From: Squalus acanthias
Taxonomy: Eukaryota
DNA length: 64,000 bases
Direction of reading: 5' to 3'
Assembly: GCA_030390025.1 (NCBI GenBank)
Contig: CM059435.1
Span: 36,580,001-36,644,000 of the forward strand
Positions 34,781-47,662 of this stretch are shown piece by piece (position 1 is the first letter of the stretch; each line of letters begins with the position of its first letter). Below the pieces are notes generated by a model that worked only from the letters and a program-made list of their open reading frames with translations, was not told the origin of the DNA and made no database searches. The position numbers and the translations under genes were made by a program.

Positions 34781-36989
34781 AGGCGAATCTCGTGTCTGGT
34801 AAGTTTATCATATACGTCCCATCCTTTGATAAGGACTTCCGATATGTATTTAATTTTAATTCACTGGTGAACATGCCACTATATTTATGCGCAACAAGCA
34901 GTCTGTGAGGGAGCTTCCTTTGAGTGAGCAAGGTGTGCCAAGCGCCCCTCATCCTCAGCGAATACACAACGGTGAATCAGGCCATTCAGCCCAACCAGTC
35001 CGTGCCGGCTTGTGCCCTCCACGCCAGCAAATAATTAATACCCCTTCAACCCCTTTCAAAACAGTTTTTACAAGTTTAGGGCCTGTTTTAGATATTCTCT
35101 TGGCTAGAGTGCTGCTGGTGACTCTCATAAGTGTTCTGAGCGTCTTGTGTTTGTTTAGGTGTGTGTGTCCATACTGCCCAATATCTAACTAGACATTTCA
35201 CAACTCTGGATGTAACAATAATACTCCCTTGTGACCTGAACTGCTTACCTACCTGACAAGAGTGACCACACCTCAAAAGTACTTCATTGGCTGTACAGAG
35301 CTTTGGGACGTCCTGAGGTCGTGAAAGGCTCTATGGAAATGCAAGTTCGTTCTTTTCTTTCCATTTGTGTCTTTCCCACACGCTCTCATGTGCGCGTCTC
35401 CAGGGCCATTCTCCTGGATCTCCTTCCTGCACAAGGGTATTAGACCTTTCTCATCAGCCCTCACCCTCAATACTGTCAGATGCCAGCACTCCCAATACCG
35501 CCGGTCTCTGCCTCCCATGCTGCACCCCATGACACTCTTTACCAGTCTGTCTTCCGCACTCCCCTCCCACCTGAGTCCGTCTCTCAGTGATCAGAAAACT
35601 TTAGATGCAACCCCAGTACTCCTTAACTCCAGAACAATCCACATGCTCTGAGCGTGAGACTTCCCTCACCAATGCCCTAGATCCTAGAACCGTCCCCAGT
35701 GATCCTAGAATATCTTTTTTCTGTGGTTTCAAAACCTGAGGCTAGCCTCAAAATGTTGTTAGACCCTGAAAAGCCCTCCCCAGTACTGACAGACCTTGGA
35801 CCCCTTTCCCAGGGCGACCCGCAGTGCTGATAAAACAGATACTGCTACTTGGTGTAGCACCCTGTTTGTATAAAATCACTGATTCACCGTGAGCAATGCC
35901 ACAGGGGATCTGCTAGTGTTAAGTAACTTTTGTTGGTTTATAGCCTGAGACTTGGTTTGATGTGGAGTATACATTCTTCCATTTCTCGAGCTCTAGGTCA
36001 CTTGCCATATTCCAGTAAGTCAAAGTACAGTGGCAAGCATTCTGTGTTCGATCCCTGGGTCTCTCTATATTTACCTAGATATTGGGTGGGCAAAAGCAGA
36101 TTCTGGTTCATAGTGGATGCAAGGTCCATTTGCAAAAATGTGTGGTGATGCTGAACCCAAAGAGAATATCTAGCATAAAAATGCAAAAATATAAGTTACT
36201 TTTTTTTGCTTCAATTTTTCCCCACCCCAACACTTTGTTTCTGTTTAAGTGCCCAGCTCAGCTTTGTCTTTCAAGTGGGAAATTTTAAAAGTAAGCTCCA
36301 GCCAGTTGGTTGGGACCGCCATGACCATCCCAGACAGTGGTTCTGCCAGCACGAATAACTGCCTAACAATTTTTACATTCAGTTCCTGTGTACAACAGCA
36401 CAAAAAGAATAAAAACTGCAAGACAAATTCATTGTTAACCTTAACAGGGTGCCAAGAACAAAAGGGAGAAATTAGAGGAAAAGGACATCAAAGCTACCAT
36501 GAACAACGATAGGAAATGAGAGGGAGGGAGCATCAAGAATGTTGAGAGTGGTGGAGAGAGCGCAGTGGGAGGTTGGTTGAGGAGATGAAAATGCTGCCAT
36601 CTGCACTTGTAACCTGCTGGTCTGGGAGTGAAGGAAAAATGTCCAGGTGCCAAAAGTATTTTCATATTCTCAAGATTTAATAGCCAATGAAGAAAGGGAG
36701 CTGGAAGTCTTGTGGAGAAGTGAAAAACCAGTACTGTCAGTAGCCAGTCAGCCTCATACACAATACTTCCTCTCCAAGTGGAGCAATGTTAGGCTGTCCC
36801 AGTCCACTTTAACCACCTGCAGGAAACCACCCATACAGCACCATTAACTTCCCTGTTTCACATATCAGCCATTCTGTGGTTTGTCAAAGTGAAGTTGACA
36901 ATTGTGTGCTGTTACCCAATCTCCACTAGGAACTGGTTGAGACTGCCCTTAAATAGGATCCTTACAGCCAACAGATAGAGAGCCAATTT

Positions 36990-37075
36990 CCCCCTCCCTT
37001 TCCTTTCCCCCTCCCTTTCCTTTCCCCCTCCCTTTCCTTTCCTTCTCCTTTCCTTTCCTTTCCTTTCCCCTCCCC
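36990..37075 (+). repeat. Polypyrimidine tandem repeat (CCCCTCCCTTTCCTTTC / TTTCC)
   Basis: Directly visible. Confidence 0.85.
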
Positions 37076-37645
37076 TATGGGCACAAAGGAGGCACTGCGC
37101 CTGGATGTAGGTGAGTCACCTCGTATTTCGGCTCATCCTTATGCAGTGGGCATGCCCCAGGTGCATGTGTCAGCCTTCAATTGAGTGAATGCCGACTGAG
37201 CAAAGGAAGGTCAAATGCTGTTGCAGGCCTTAAAAGCCTGCAGCAACTAAAGGCAGTGAAGTCTGCTCTAGGTGGGAGGGAATTATGTGCTGGCTATCTT
37301 TCTTCTAGGCTTCCGTGGCTTTGCTTTTATTTTTTGGCATTGTGACTCTGCACAACCTCTTAGAGCTTCTTCTGTATTATCATTTGCTACTATGTTTTGG
37401 ATGTTTGCAGTTAATTTCTGGTAAGCACAAGCAGTAGAAACAGGGCCTCTTGCTTTGATAAGAAGATCCTTGATTTGGTTCTTCAAGAAGTGGAGGAGAG
37501 AGTGTAGGGTTTTTTACTCTCTCTTTACTGCTTTAGGGTACCATGGGGTAAGGATCAACCAAGGATGAAAACCTTTCTAAATAATTGGTTCCATTTACAT
37601 TAAAATGCAACAGTTTTACAGATAGAGATCTTTACAACCTTAGTA

Positions 37646-38009
37646 CAGGAAACTCTTTATTAACCGGCACCGACGGGACCGGCGTGGTGCCGGTTAATCA
37701 AAAAGTCCGGATAACGGAGAGTTATATCTCCCAACGTACGAGAGCCCCGTACACACTGACATGCGCCTGCATTCGGAGCTCCGTCTCCCCGGGGACCGCC
37801 AGCTGACCATCTGTCGTGTCCGCTGCCTACCCGGGCTGCACATTCCCCTCCCAATCTACACGCTCCGATACAAGGCAAACGCCTCGGGGTTTTTTTCAAA
37901 GTTATTTTTAAAGGAGAGATGAAAGAAAACCCCGGTTACCTACTCAAGAATTTTGCCGGTTAAGAGAGATTTCCGGTTATTTGGGTGCCGGTTAAAAGAG
38001 AGTTTCCTG
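37646..38009. mobile_element. Tc1/mariner (Tigger/pogo-like) MITE
   Basis: TIRs CAGGAAACTCTTTATTAACCGGCACC / GGTGCCGGTTAAAAGAGAGTTTCCTG; TA TSD; CpG-rich interior. Confidence 0.88.
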
Positions 38010-38314
38010 TAGTACAACTGGAAACTCCGAATGATCAATTTTTCTGCTTTGGGAGACTGAGGGGTTCATTCTTCATTAACATCCTTCTTTGTCTCTGCTT
38101 CTGGTCTGTCTCTTGAACATACTAAAATGGCTGTTTTATATCACTCATTCTTGCTGATGCAAAACAGTTTGCTAATGTCTATGACAGTTTCTTAGTACAG
38201 TATTCCAAAGTCTAGGTAGGCAGCTGTCTAATCTTTAACCTTGTCCTTATCTCCGCGAAAGTGCATCAAGTCTCGAACGCAGCAGTTAGTAAGGCTTGTT
38301 CCACTAACCATATA

Positions 38315-38422
38315 GGCTGGGATTCTACGCTTCTGTGCTCGCTGGCCTGCGATTTTCCACCCATTATAGCGAATAGGAGAAAAATTGCAGGCTGGCGAGT
38401 AGAGAAGTAGAAAATCTTAGCC
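38315..38422. mobile_element. 108-bp foldback MITE
   Basis: Imperfect full-length palindrome GGCTGGGATTCTAC..GCCTGCGATTTT / AAAATTGCAGGC..GTAGAAAATCTTAGCC; TSD ATA. Confidence 0.75.
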
Positions 38423-39289
38423 ATAAGGTGAGAGACTGTGTCTGATGGTGTGCAGCAACAGTTGGCTGATCTTCACACGCATCAACAAGGAGGTGACTGA
38501 AGACCAAAGAGAAAGGTGTAAGCTATGAGAAAGCAGGCTTCCTCCATTAATGGAAAAATGGAGATAATTTGTGCTGCCAGTCTTGTTACATGAGTGGGTC
38601 CTAAAGGAAGATGGAAGTAGGTCCAAGGAATTTTGGTAAAAATCAAGAGCTTAATAGAATCTCAATGACAAAGGTTATACCCTGGGTTGTTTCTGAGCTA
38701 AGATGAAAGAATGCACCTGTGGTCTACTCCTGATATGTCATATTTTTGTCCAAAAAATAGAATTTGCCAGTAATTGCAATCGAATTGGAATTATTGAATA
38801 ATTCAAATTAAGCTATTTTTAATTGTCAGGAGTAAACTATATTGCCCCAAAGGTGACATTGGCTGACCCCATATGACGTACAAGTGTAGCATGTAGAATC
38901 CACAGCACAAGACTGAAGAACAAGGCTGCTGACATTAATAGTCCTGGAGCCAAAATCTAGTTAAGTATGAAGTTGTAACACCCACCTTACCTGGAAAAAA
39001 GGGATGAGATTCGTAAGTGATAGAGCAAAACATATTTAAATCCGCGGTACATATCAAAAGACCATTTTCTATAAAGGGGTGCTATTTGTTTCGCCACTTT
39101 TCACAAATTGACTTCTAGATTATTAGTTGTACAATCTAGTGCGGACCAGACTGCGTTTGACCAAAAAAGTACAGTGTCCAATGTCTTTGCCCCGGTTAAA
39201 AGCGATGTGGTCACGGACTTAATACTTTAAATACATATATTTCAACACAAAAAGGAAGCTGGAAAGTTCTCTTGCAAGTTTAGGTTCAG

Positions 39290-39486
39290 TAAATACTGCA
39301 CCGGAAGTGTTTGCGCCTCAAAAGGCTGCAATGGTGAGTCGTGGCCCAGGGATAAATGGGAGGCGGTGCTGCCTCCTTTAGGCTCGCTAATTATCATTAC
39401 AGTATTGTTTCTTCACCTCTCTGTATTCAGGGTCCCGCCTCCACTTGACGTTATCCATTTGCGGAAACGGACAGATAACAGCAGAA
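39290..39486 (+). promoter_or_regulatory. RNF114 proximal promoter / 5'UTR
   Basis: ETS ACCGGAAGTG (39300), GC boxes GGGAGGCGG and CCCGCCTCC, TGACGT half-CRE, local CpG enrichment. Confidence 0.7.
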
Positions 39487-39614
39487 ATGGCGATGAACTG
39501 CAAAGAGGACGCGTCGCGTCGTAAAGATACAGCAGGGGATGACAAAGAAGCTTTAACTTGCCCTGTTTGCTTAGAAATTTATGAAAATCCCATGCGAGTC
39601 GAATGTAACCACAT
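39487..39614 (+). CDS. RNF114: RNF114 exon 1 (start, first half of RING)
   Basis: MAMNCKED...LTCPVCLEIYENPMRVECNH; AT|GTAAGA donor, phase 2. Confidence 0.93.
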
Positions 39615-40878
39615 GTAAGAAACAATTTTGCTGTGATGTCGTTTATTTTTTTTTATCACGTCAGAATGCGTAGCCAAAGTTTATGGGTTTATTTAAACTC
39701 GTCGAATTATATCTGTCTTATTATACGGCAGAACTCAAATTACAAAACGTCTGTTTTTTGTTTAACGAATATGTTTCAAATAACTGACATATTCAGGCGG
39801 CTGTCGTGAGTGCGCATAATACTCTCGGTTTCGTTTCTGTGATATACTGGGTTTGCGAAGGATTTGGGGAACTGTAGTGCTTTGCTTCCTACTCTGTAAT
39901 TCATAACATCTAATAATATTGCAATTACTAGAATGATAAACAGCGCTGCAACCGGATTAAACATTACAGGTGAAAGTTATAACTATAATTAAGTGCATTG
40001 TAGTCTAGACATAAAAAGGAACGAACGTTTTACTGTACTCTTAAAAGGCCTGTACAAATTACTTAATCTGCCTTTTCTCTTTGGCTGCTTTACCACATGA
40101 TAAGGTCCCAGTGTGACCCTGAAAGCTCGTGACTATAACACTTCAATTAATTGTTATATTTTACAAGTGTATGGGTGAACTTCCATAATCAAGAAAATTA
40201 CATTGTCATGTTTCATTTTTCAACAGACACTGAGCGCCCAAAGACTGTTCATTCTCCTTAACTCCTTGTAAGGAGAAGTGCAAGACTGGTCTTGATTGAC
40301 TCACCCTTGGGTGCTTTTTTCCCCCTTGCACCTCTGCCTTGGGATGTTTTTCTATGTTACAGGTGTTATATGAATGCAAGTTGTTGTTTATTGTTCTTCA
40401 ACCATTGCATCACAAACAGATCAACCTCAGCCAATGATCACATCAACATGAACCTGATCTTTCTAGGGCAAGTAAATGTTTCTGTGCTGCCATAACATTG
40501 TGTCATAACACACATCATGGTGCACTATTGTGACACCCATACTTTTATATGTGCCCACCAGCCAAAATGCCGGGCCATCCTGTGAATTTGTTTCACTTTA
40601 CTGCCAGTCCCCTTCTCCCTTGCAAATTACTCTACCCCTGTGGGTTCTCTCGAGTGTTATCTCTCTCCCCTTACCTATTCATCATTCCCTCACTCAATGT
40701 CTCTCCCGCCTCTCCTCTGCTGCAGCGCTCATACGCTCCTCCCTTGTGCTCTTTCCTCTCCCCCTTCGTCAACTACACTTTATTCCCAATACCCACCTTC
40801 TGTCGCTTTCTAACACCCCCAACGCCATTTCCTACTTGTCCTCACCCACCTTCCGCCTTCTCACGTCCTCACCCACCT

Positions 40879-41463
40879 CCCGCCCCCCCCCCCTCTCGCC
40901 CCCTCCCCTCTCGCTCCCCTCTCGCCTCCCCTCTCGCCCCCCTCCCCTCTCGCCCCCCCCTCCCTTCTTGCTCCCCTCTCGCTCCCCTCTCGCCCCCCCC
41001 TCCCCTCTCGCCCCCCCCCTCCCCTCTCGCCCCCCCCTCCCCTCTCGCCCCCCCCTCCCCTCTCGCTCCCCTCTCGCCCCCCCCTCCCCTCTCGCCCCCC
41101 CCTCCCCTCTCGCCCCCCCCCCCCTCTCGCTCCCCTCTCGCCCCCCCCTCCCCTCTCGCCCCCTCTCCCCTCTCGCCCCCTCTCCCCTCTCGCCCCCCTC
41201 TCGCCCCCCCCCTCCCCTCTCGCCCCCCCCTCCCCTCTCGCCCCCCCCCTCCCCTCTCGCCCCCCCCTCCCCTCTCGCCCCCCCTCCCCTCTCGCCCCCC
41301 CCTCCCCTCTCGCCCCCCCTCCCCTCTCGCCCCCCCTCCCCTCTCGCCCCCCCCTCCCCTCTCGCCCCCCCCATCCCCCCTCGCCCCCCCCTCCCCTCTC
41401 GCCCCCCCCATCCCCCTCGCTCCCCCCCTCGCCCACCTTCTCTTCTCGCCCCCCCCCCCCCCC
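40879..41463 (+). repeat. C-rich minisatellite, unit about 18 bp (CCCCTCTCGCCCCCCCCT), RNF114 intron 1
   Basis: Many imperfect copies, almost purely pyrimidine except the G of each CG. Confidence 0.95.
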
Positions 41464-42285
41464 TGCCCACCTTCTCCCCCGTCTTCTCGCCCCCCTCCCG
41501 CCTTCTCCCCCGCCCGGCCCCCTCTTTCTCTCCCCTCCCTCCCCACCCGCCTTCTCCCCTCTTTCTCTCCCCTCCCTCCCCGCCCACTTCCTCTCTCTGT
41601 TTTTCACCTGTGCACGTGCTCTCGCTTGGGCGTGCTGTCTCTCTAAACCCCCCCCATGCATTCTTGCTGCCTTTCCCTATCTCGCCTTTCTCTTTTTCCC
41701 TCATTGCTTGCTGGCCATGTTTAATGTGCAATTCTAATTTATGAATAACTCATTATACACAGGGAGACCTCTTGAGTTTTTACTGGGCAGAGGATATTAA
41801 GAGGATACACAATGTTTCACAAAAACATATCTGAACCACATCTTGTATAGGACAACGTTGCCCAGGCTGTCTTGCTTTTCCAAGGGAACTCTTCTGTGCT
41901 TCAGCTAGGTTGTTGGCAACCAGCAGGGACAACTAGTGGCAAAGTTCATTTGCAGTTGCAGCCACTATTGTGGAACAGATTTGTGATTTGGGGCTCACAA
42001 GATTGGTATCTCCCTTGTATCTTTCAGTTATGGAACCCACAGTGCAATCCACTGTCCCTTTTTAAATTGCTGATCTTTTGACTTGAAGATCATTTTGAAG
42101 ATTTTTGCAACACTAGTATTTTTTTAACCATATAGTAATTTTAGAATATGAAGCTAGTAAAATATTGATTTTAACCGCTATAATCTGCTTTTCTATTTTT
42201 TCTTTTAGTCGCAATGTTAAAGAACTGCTTCTGACCTTGCATCAGCTATTTTAGCTCAATAATTTCTAAACTTGTTTTTAATTAG

Positions 42286-42436
42286 ATTTTGCAGCAATTG
42301 CCTGTTCGCGTTACAGAAGCCAAAAAAGCCAATTTGTGCAGTGTGTCGTTCTCCTCTGAAAGGTGCAACTAGAGCTATTGAAATTGAGAGAAAACTAGAT
42401 GTAACTCCTACAAGCTGCAGTGGTTGTGGAACTCAG
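42286..42436 (+). CDS. RNF114: RNF114 exon 2 (RING end, start of C2HC finger)
   Basis: TAG|A TTT TGC: FCSNCL..KPKKPICAVCRSPL..SCSGCGTQ|GTCAGT; 151 nt. Confidence 0.95.
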
Positions 42437-43313
42437 GTCAGTAGTACCTGCTAGGGGTGGTAAAGGGAAATGTTGGATGATTTGACTCCTCTCTAGTTCA
42501 CTTCACTAACTTCGTATCCAACCTTTTTGAAATGAAGTTTCGATCCAGTATGGCACAGGGCAATTTTCTTCTACTTTGAGCCCAGGGTACGCTTACTTCC
42601 CCAGCACAAAGCTGAAACAAAAGGAGCAGAGAGCTCATTTTTCTCAGACCAGAGTATCTGAGAGGGGCTGGAAGTGAAGTCCTGGAGCCAGCAAAAGGTA
42701 GGTGTCTTTTTAAGAGGGCCAACTGCCTTCTAGTTGCTATTTTTTGGACAAAACTAGAACATCGGGCCTATGCCAAAATACAGGTGAGCTTAAGTCAGGT
42801 GAAGAACACATCAGCTGTACTCTGCCTGATTTGCCCCATGTTGTCAATGCTGGAAGCTATCTAAATTGTCAGAGTACTCTGTTTAATGCACACCTCTGTT
42901 TTTATGTTCATTTTGGTAAACTATTGAGAAATATAAATGCCCATGACCAAGATGCCATTCATATACTATTTTACTATAATGGTAATGAGGTGTATATTGG
43001 AGTGCACACTAATGTAAAACAAATAAAGATAATTTTATTTAAGGCAACTGTGCCCTCGATTTTCCAGCCAAACTGCAAATGTTGCCTGACGGTTTTGGTC
43101 ACTGATCTGGCATTCAGTTCCATTAGAGCAAGTAATGGACCAGTTATCTGTTATGCAAATAGGTCATATGCAGCAGGATATGTCAGTCTGAGGGTAATAA
43201 TAGGGTTCACATTGTATCTGACTTGAAACTGTTGCTGAGAGCATACAATTTTATTCTACATTTTGTTTTGCCTTTAGTAACTACTGTAACTTTTTCAAAT
43301 TGTTTTAATCCAG

Positions 43314-43420
43314 GTTTGTATGAAAAAGTTGCGTTCCCATAATGCAACATGTGCAAAATACCAGGAGTTTATTTCTGAAGGCGTGAAAGCGTCCATGAAG
43401 GATCAGCATCCCAGCCTTAG
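43314..43420 (+). CDS. RNF114: RNF114 exon 3
   Basis: CAG|VCMKKLRSHNATCAKYQEFISEGVKASMKDQHPSL AG|GTGACT; 107 nt. Confidence 0.95.
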
Positions 43421-44329
43421 GTGACTATATTTAAGTATTATGGATTCCTCATAATCGTAAGTTACAGCTATTGAACTGCATCCTTTTATTTCCAGATATG
43501 ATCCTTTGGTGGAAACATAAGCACATGAAATGCATTGCTTTTTAGACTGTATTTTGTGTTTGCTGTTTGGATGTTGGGCAGATGTTCTTTCATTGGTCGA
43601 AGGTGCCTGCTATGCCTCTTATAGTTATAGAGCAGTTATTTAGTTTGAGTCATGGAAGCGCTTTAAAGCCTCGACTCGAAGTAAAACAACTATAGACAGG
43701 ACATCAGTAGCACTGGCTGTTGTCATTGATTCTTTAAAACACTCCCATCTCTAACCTATTTCAAATTCACATTGAATCTAATCATAAATTTCCCATGGCA
43801 TTGCTTACAGGTAAGTTTGGGGTATGGAGTATGTAGGGTGTTAAACATTGCCTGTACTGAATGGATATTGCCCCATTGTTTATATTGAGGTCTTGTTTCT
43901 TAAGGGCTACAATAGTCTGATGAGGTGGGACTTGGAGCATTCGGGAGCAGGCTTTGAGCCAGTGAAGTTGAGATCCGACTGATTCAACTGTGAATAGAAA
44001 TTATAGCGCAGAAGGAGGCCATTCAGCTCATTGAATCAATGGTAGCTCTTCTATTAAGCTAGCTACTATAATCCCATTTCCTTGCTAATTCCCAATATCC
44101 TTTTATATTTACTTATACAATTCCATTTTAAATAGTGCTATAGTCTCTGTCTATATAGCTACTTGTGGTAAAGCTGTCCATGTTCTAATAACCCTCTGAG
44201 ATTTCCATGTGCATCGTGTCTACACCCCAGTTACATTTATAATTGCCTGTGCCACCTATAGGTGATGCTGTAATAGGGTTTCCTGATTTAGAGCACTCAA
44301 TTTCATGTTTTTCAATCACTAAAGTCTGT

Positions 44330-44606
44330 GGGGTAGTTCTTAACTTTGTGCGATAGTGTGAAATGGATGATAGTGAGTTGGCGACCTATTTTACATCTCT
44401 CCCAATTTTTATTTCCATGGACTCGCTATCGCCCGTTTTATAGGGATCAAGAGATATGGGGAGAAAGCAGGGACAGGGTACTGAATTTGGATGATCAGCC
44501 ATGATCGCATTGAATGGCGGAGCAGGCTAGAGGGGCCGAATGGCCTACTCCTGCTCCTATCTTCTATGATTCTATGATACTATCGCACAAAGTCAAGATC
44601 TACCAC
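44330..44606. mobile_element. Foldback MITE with an inserted CR1 3' tail (about 44441-44577)
   Basis: Arms GGGGTAGTTCTTAACTTTGTGCGATAGT / ACTATCGCACAAAGTCAAGATCTACCAC; TSD TGT; insert ends GAATGGCCTACTCCTGCTCCTATCTTCTATGATTCTATG. Confidence 0.8.
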
Positions 44607-46146
44607 TGTGACTCTGCAATTGCCCATTAAAAAGCTTTGCGTAAGTCTGCATGTTTTTCTAGGCTTTGACCACCAGGTGCTGCTGTGGAGCAAAGATTTC
44701 TGAGCTTTTTCTTCACTTCTGATGCTATTTTAATTTATTTTAAAACTGCTCAGGCAGCAAAATTTAAATCGTACTCTATTTTAATTCTTAAAAATGTTTT
44801 CAGGTTTACTTTAGATGTTTCTTTTCCCCCAGCTCTTTAGGACAGATGAGGATCCTGCTCTGCCTCTCCTTCAATTCTAAACATGACTGCTGAACTTTCT
44901 GCTGCTCCTCGGCCTCCATTTTTCTATGCAACCGCTGGTTACCTCCACCTTCTCCTTCTCTCCTTTTGCCTCATTCACTCCTGTCGTCCCCCGTTTCCCC
45001 CCCCCCCCCACCTCCCACTCTGCCTACCCTACCACCACACTGCTCACACTGCCCCCCTTTATTGCTTCTCTAGGCTCCAGCACTGCAGTCCTCCGTCACT
45101 TTGAACAAATGATTCCTGCCCTCTAACCTTACTTGAGTTTAGGACTCTGCTTATCCTTGACTCCCATGTGCAATGCCAGAGGATGTTTGGCCATGCCCTG
45201 AAGTGCATACAGGCCATGTGGTCTGCTAATGGGAATGGTCTAACTAGGGTTGAACTTGTTGATTTAGCCTTAGGAGCAAAGACATTGGAATGTATCGAAA
45301 GTGGGATGAGGAAGTATTATGGTAAGCTTGAAGGCGGAGAGTTTTGTGAATTAATTTTTTTTTAATGTTAATTATATGATTAGTTTTAGAAACATATAGT
45401 GGGGTAGTGGACTTAGCATTGTTAATTAATGGCACAGAATAGTTTTTAAATAGAATGTGATTGGATTGAATTAGAGATGACACTACAGAGATGATTCCAG
45501 AATCTGGTTGAATGCATAGTATGCTCTGGGAATTGATTGATTGAAGTTCAGGAATATGATAATGAAAGTGGTTATATGATGTTACTGATGAAAGAAATTC
45601 TACAAAACGCATACACAATATTTTTATATAACCATAATACATGCCTAGCTGATGTTTTCTTTCCAACTTTCATGAAAGACCTGACTCATGCTGTGGTATT
45701 CTTCTGGGCCCCTAATGAGCCTAGACTAGTTCGAAAAGGTTATTTGACTGACGGTTGGACAGAGAGGAATTACAGCCCAATCCAGTCTTTTTTTAATTTA
45801 ACATCCACACGTGTACTTTCTAGCAGGGATCATTCAATAGCAGTTAAGAGTAACGCTGCTGATTACATCCCTCCCTTCCTCCCTCTTCTCCCCCCCCCCC
45901 CCCCCCCCCCCCCCCAACACCAGCCCATCACTAGTTCAGAGCATAAAGACAATTGTAGCACTCCAGCTGCTGCACCAGTTCAGATCAGCTAATTCTGGAC
46001 AGACTGTAAATCAAGCCTATGCTCTTCCGCTCCTGAAGGTTTCTTTTTGAAGTGCTTCTCTGTAACTTAACGCAGCTTTCAATTATATGAAGTGTAGAAG
46101 AAGATGAACTCCAGAGTGTTACGTTGTGCCTCTCTTTGTTTTTCAG

Positions 46147-46261
46147 CAGCGTACCCAATCGCTTTACTTTTACCTGTCCATTCTGCAGCGCAAAAAACTT
46201 GGACCAAGATGGCCTGGTTGAGCATTGTATTACAAGCCATACAGGAGAATATGGAAGAATG
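46147..46261 (+). CDS. RNF114: RNF114 exon 4 (Di19-type C2H2 finger)
   Basis: SVPNRFTFTCPFCSAKNLDQDGLVEHCITSH...M|GTAAGA; 115 nt; CAGCAG acceptor. Confidence 0.95.
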
Positions 46262-47134
46262 GTAAGATTTTAAAAAAGCACTTGTGTAGAACAGGTCAAC
46301 TTATATACTTCAATGGTATCAGTACTCCCCGTTCCCGAAGGCACCAATTTATTCTAGGATATGGTTTAATTAGCCCTTCATTACAATGCCCAAATCATTC
46401 GTTATGTGAGTGTTGACAAACTATTATTGTGGAGGCATTGCAACTAATCCAGTCGTGTCCTTGCACTCTCTCCAGATGTCACTAAAAAGAAAGATAGAAA
46501 GACTTGCATTTACATAGTGCCTTTCACGACCACCGGACATCTCAAAGTGCTTTACAGCTATAAAGATGGAGCGGCCTAGCCTTTTATTGTTTGTTTCACC
46601 CACTCTTTAGCAAAGGAGCACTGATGCCAGCTGTAGTGCTCCTAGCACTTCCTCAGCTGAGATCAGCACAGACCAAAGATCAAACATGGGATCATCCTGG
46701 TCTTGTGGTACGGTATCATTCCTGGCCACGTATTTGCCCTCCAAGCCATCAGGGTGTGATAAACTACAATTGTAAGTGTTTTTACTTAATAATCAGTTGT
46801 GGGTTCCAGCTGTAAAAAGAAATTAACATTAAAGTAAAATTTTAATCGATGTACTGACTTCAAAATCTAGGGACAGTTTTTAGGTTTTTTTTGCATATCA
46901 AGTTAAAGGAGGTAAACCATTCGATTCACCCTTATTTTGAAATATATTTTATATTAAACAGAATAAACTGTTTGTGACATGCCCGAGCTTCTAAAAGCTC
47001 AAGGTAGCCTCCAAATCCGCAAATTGGATACATCTCATGCCTTCAGCACTTGGCTGAATCCTCACACTCTCTTTGTACATGCTGTGGAGTAGAGTAAGCT
47101 ATCCAAGTGAAGTTTGAGTGAATCCCAAAATTAT

Positions 47135-47662
47135 TGCCCTGAATTTTCTGACGGGAGGCCCCCCCCCCCCCCCCGCAGTTGCGCCAAGTCTCTGCCTCTT
47201 CCGGGACCTTCATCCGTCCGCCATTTGTAATGCAAATGCCTGGCAGGTGGTGGAGCCGGGGCAGGCAGTCCTTAAGCCAGAAGTTCCCATTCCTGAGCTT
47301 CAGTCAAGACCCAGTGTTAAAGTGGCAGTCGCTATGCTGAATGAGTGGAGACATACCGGGCTCCACAAGGGCGTATGTGGCCCTCCCTGTTTGGGCCCAG
47401 GCTAGGTAAGTAGCCTGTGCCCTCAAAGAATGTAGTATATATTAAACTGAACAGATTGACCACCTTGCTTAGGGGAACGTTGCTGGGGTTGGGGAGTGGC
47501 TGGGGCCCCAGTCACATAACAAAACCAGAATTTCCATGGGCATGGGATAGACAGGCGGCAGAGATTCGTCTCTCCTGTGACAATTTTAATGTGGTTCCTT
47601 CCCACTGACCCTACAAACTCCGGTTGGGCATAACCATCAGGTTAACGAGGAATTTTGAGGCC
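47135..47662. mobile_element. Harbinger-type MITE (diverged)
   Basis: GCCCTGAATTTTC ... GGAATTTTGAGGCC ends; GC-rich interior. Confidence 0.5.

Noticed and set aside
40530-41744. Long Pro-rich and Gly/Arg/Glu-rich ORFs in five frames
   Set aside because: Artefacts of a stop-free C-rich minisatellite inside RNF114 intron 1.
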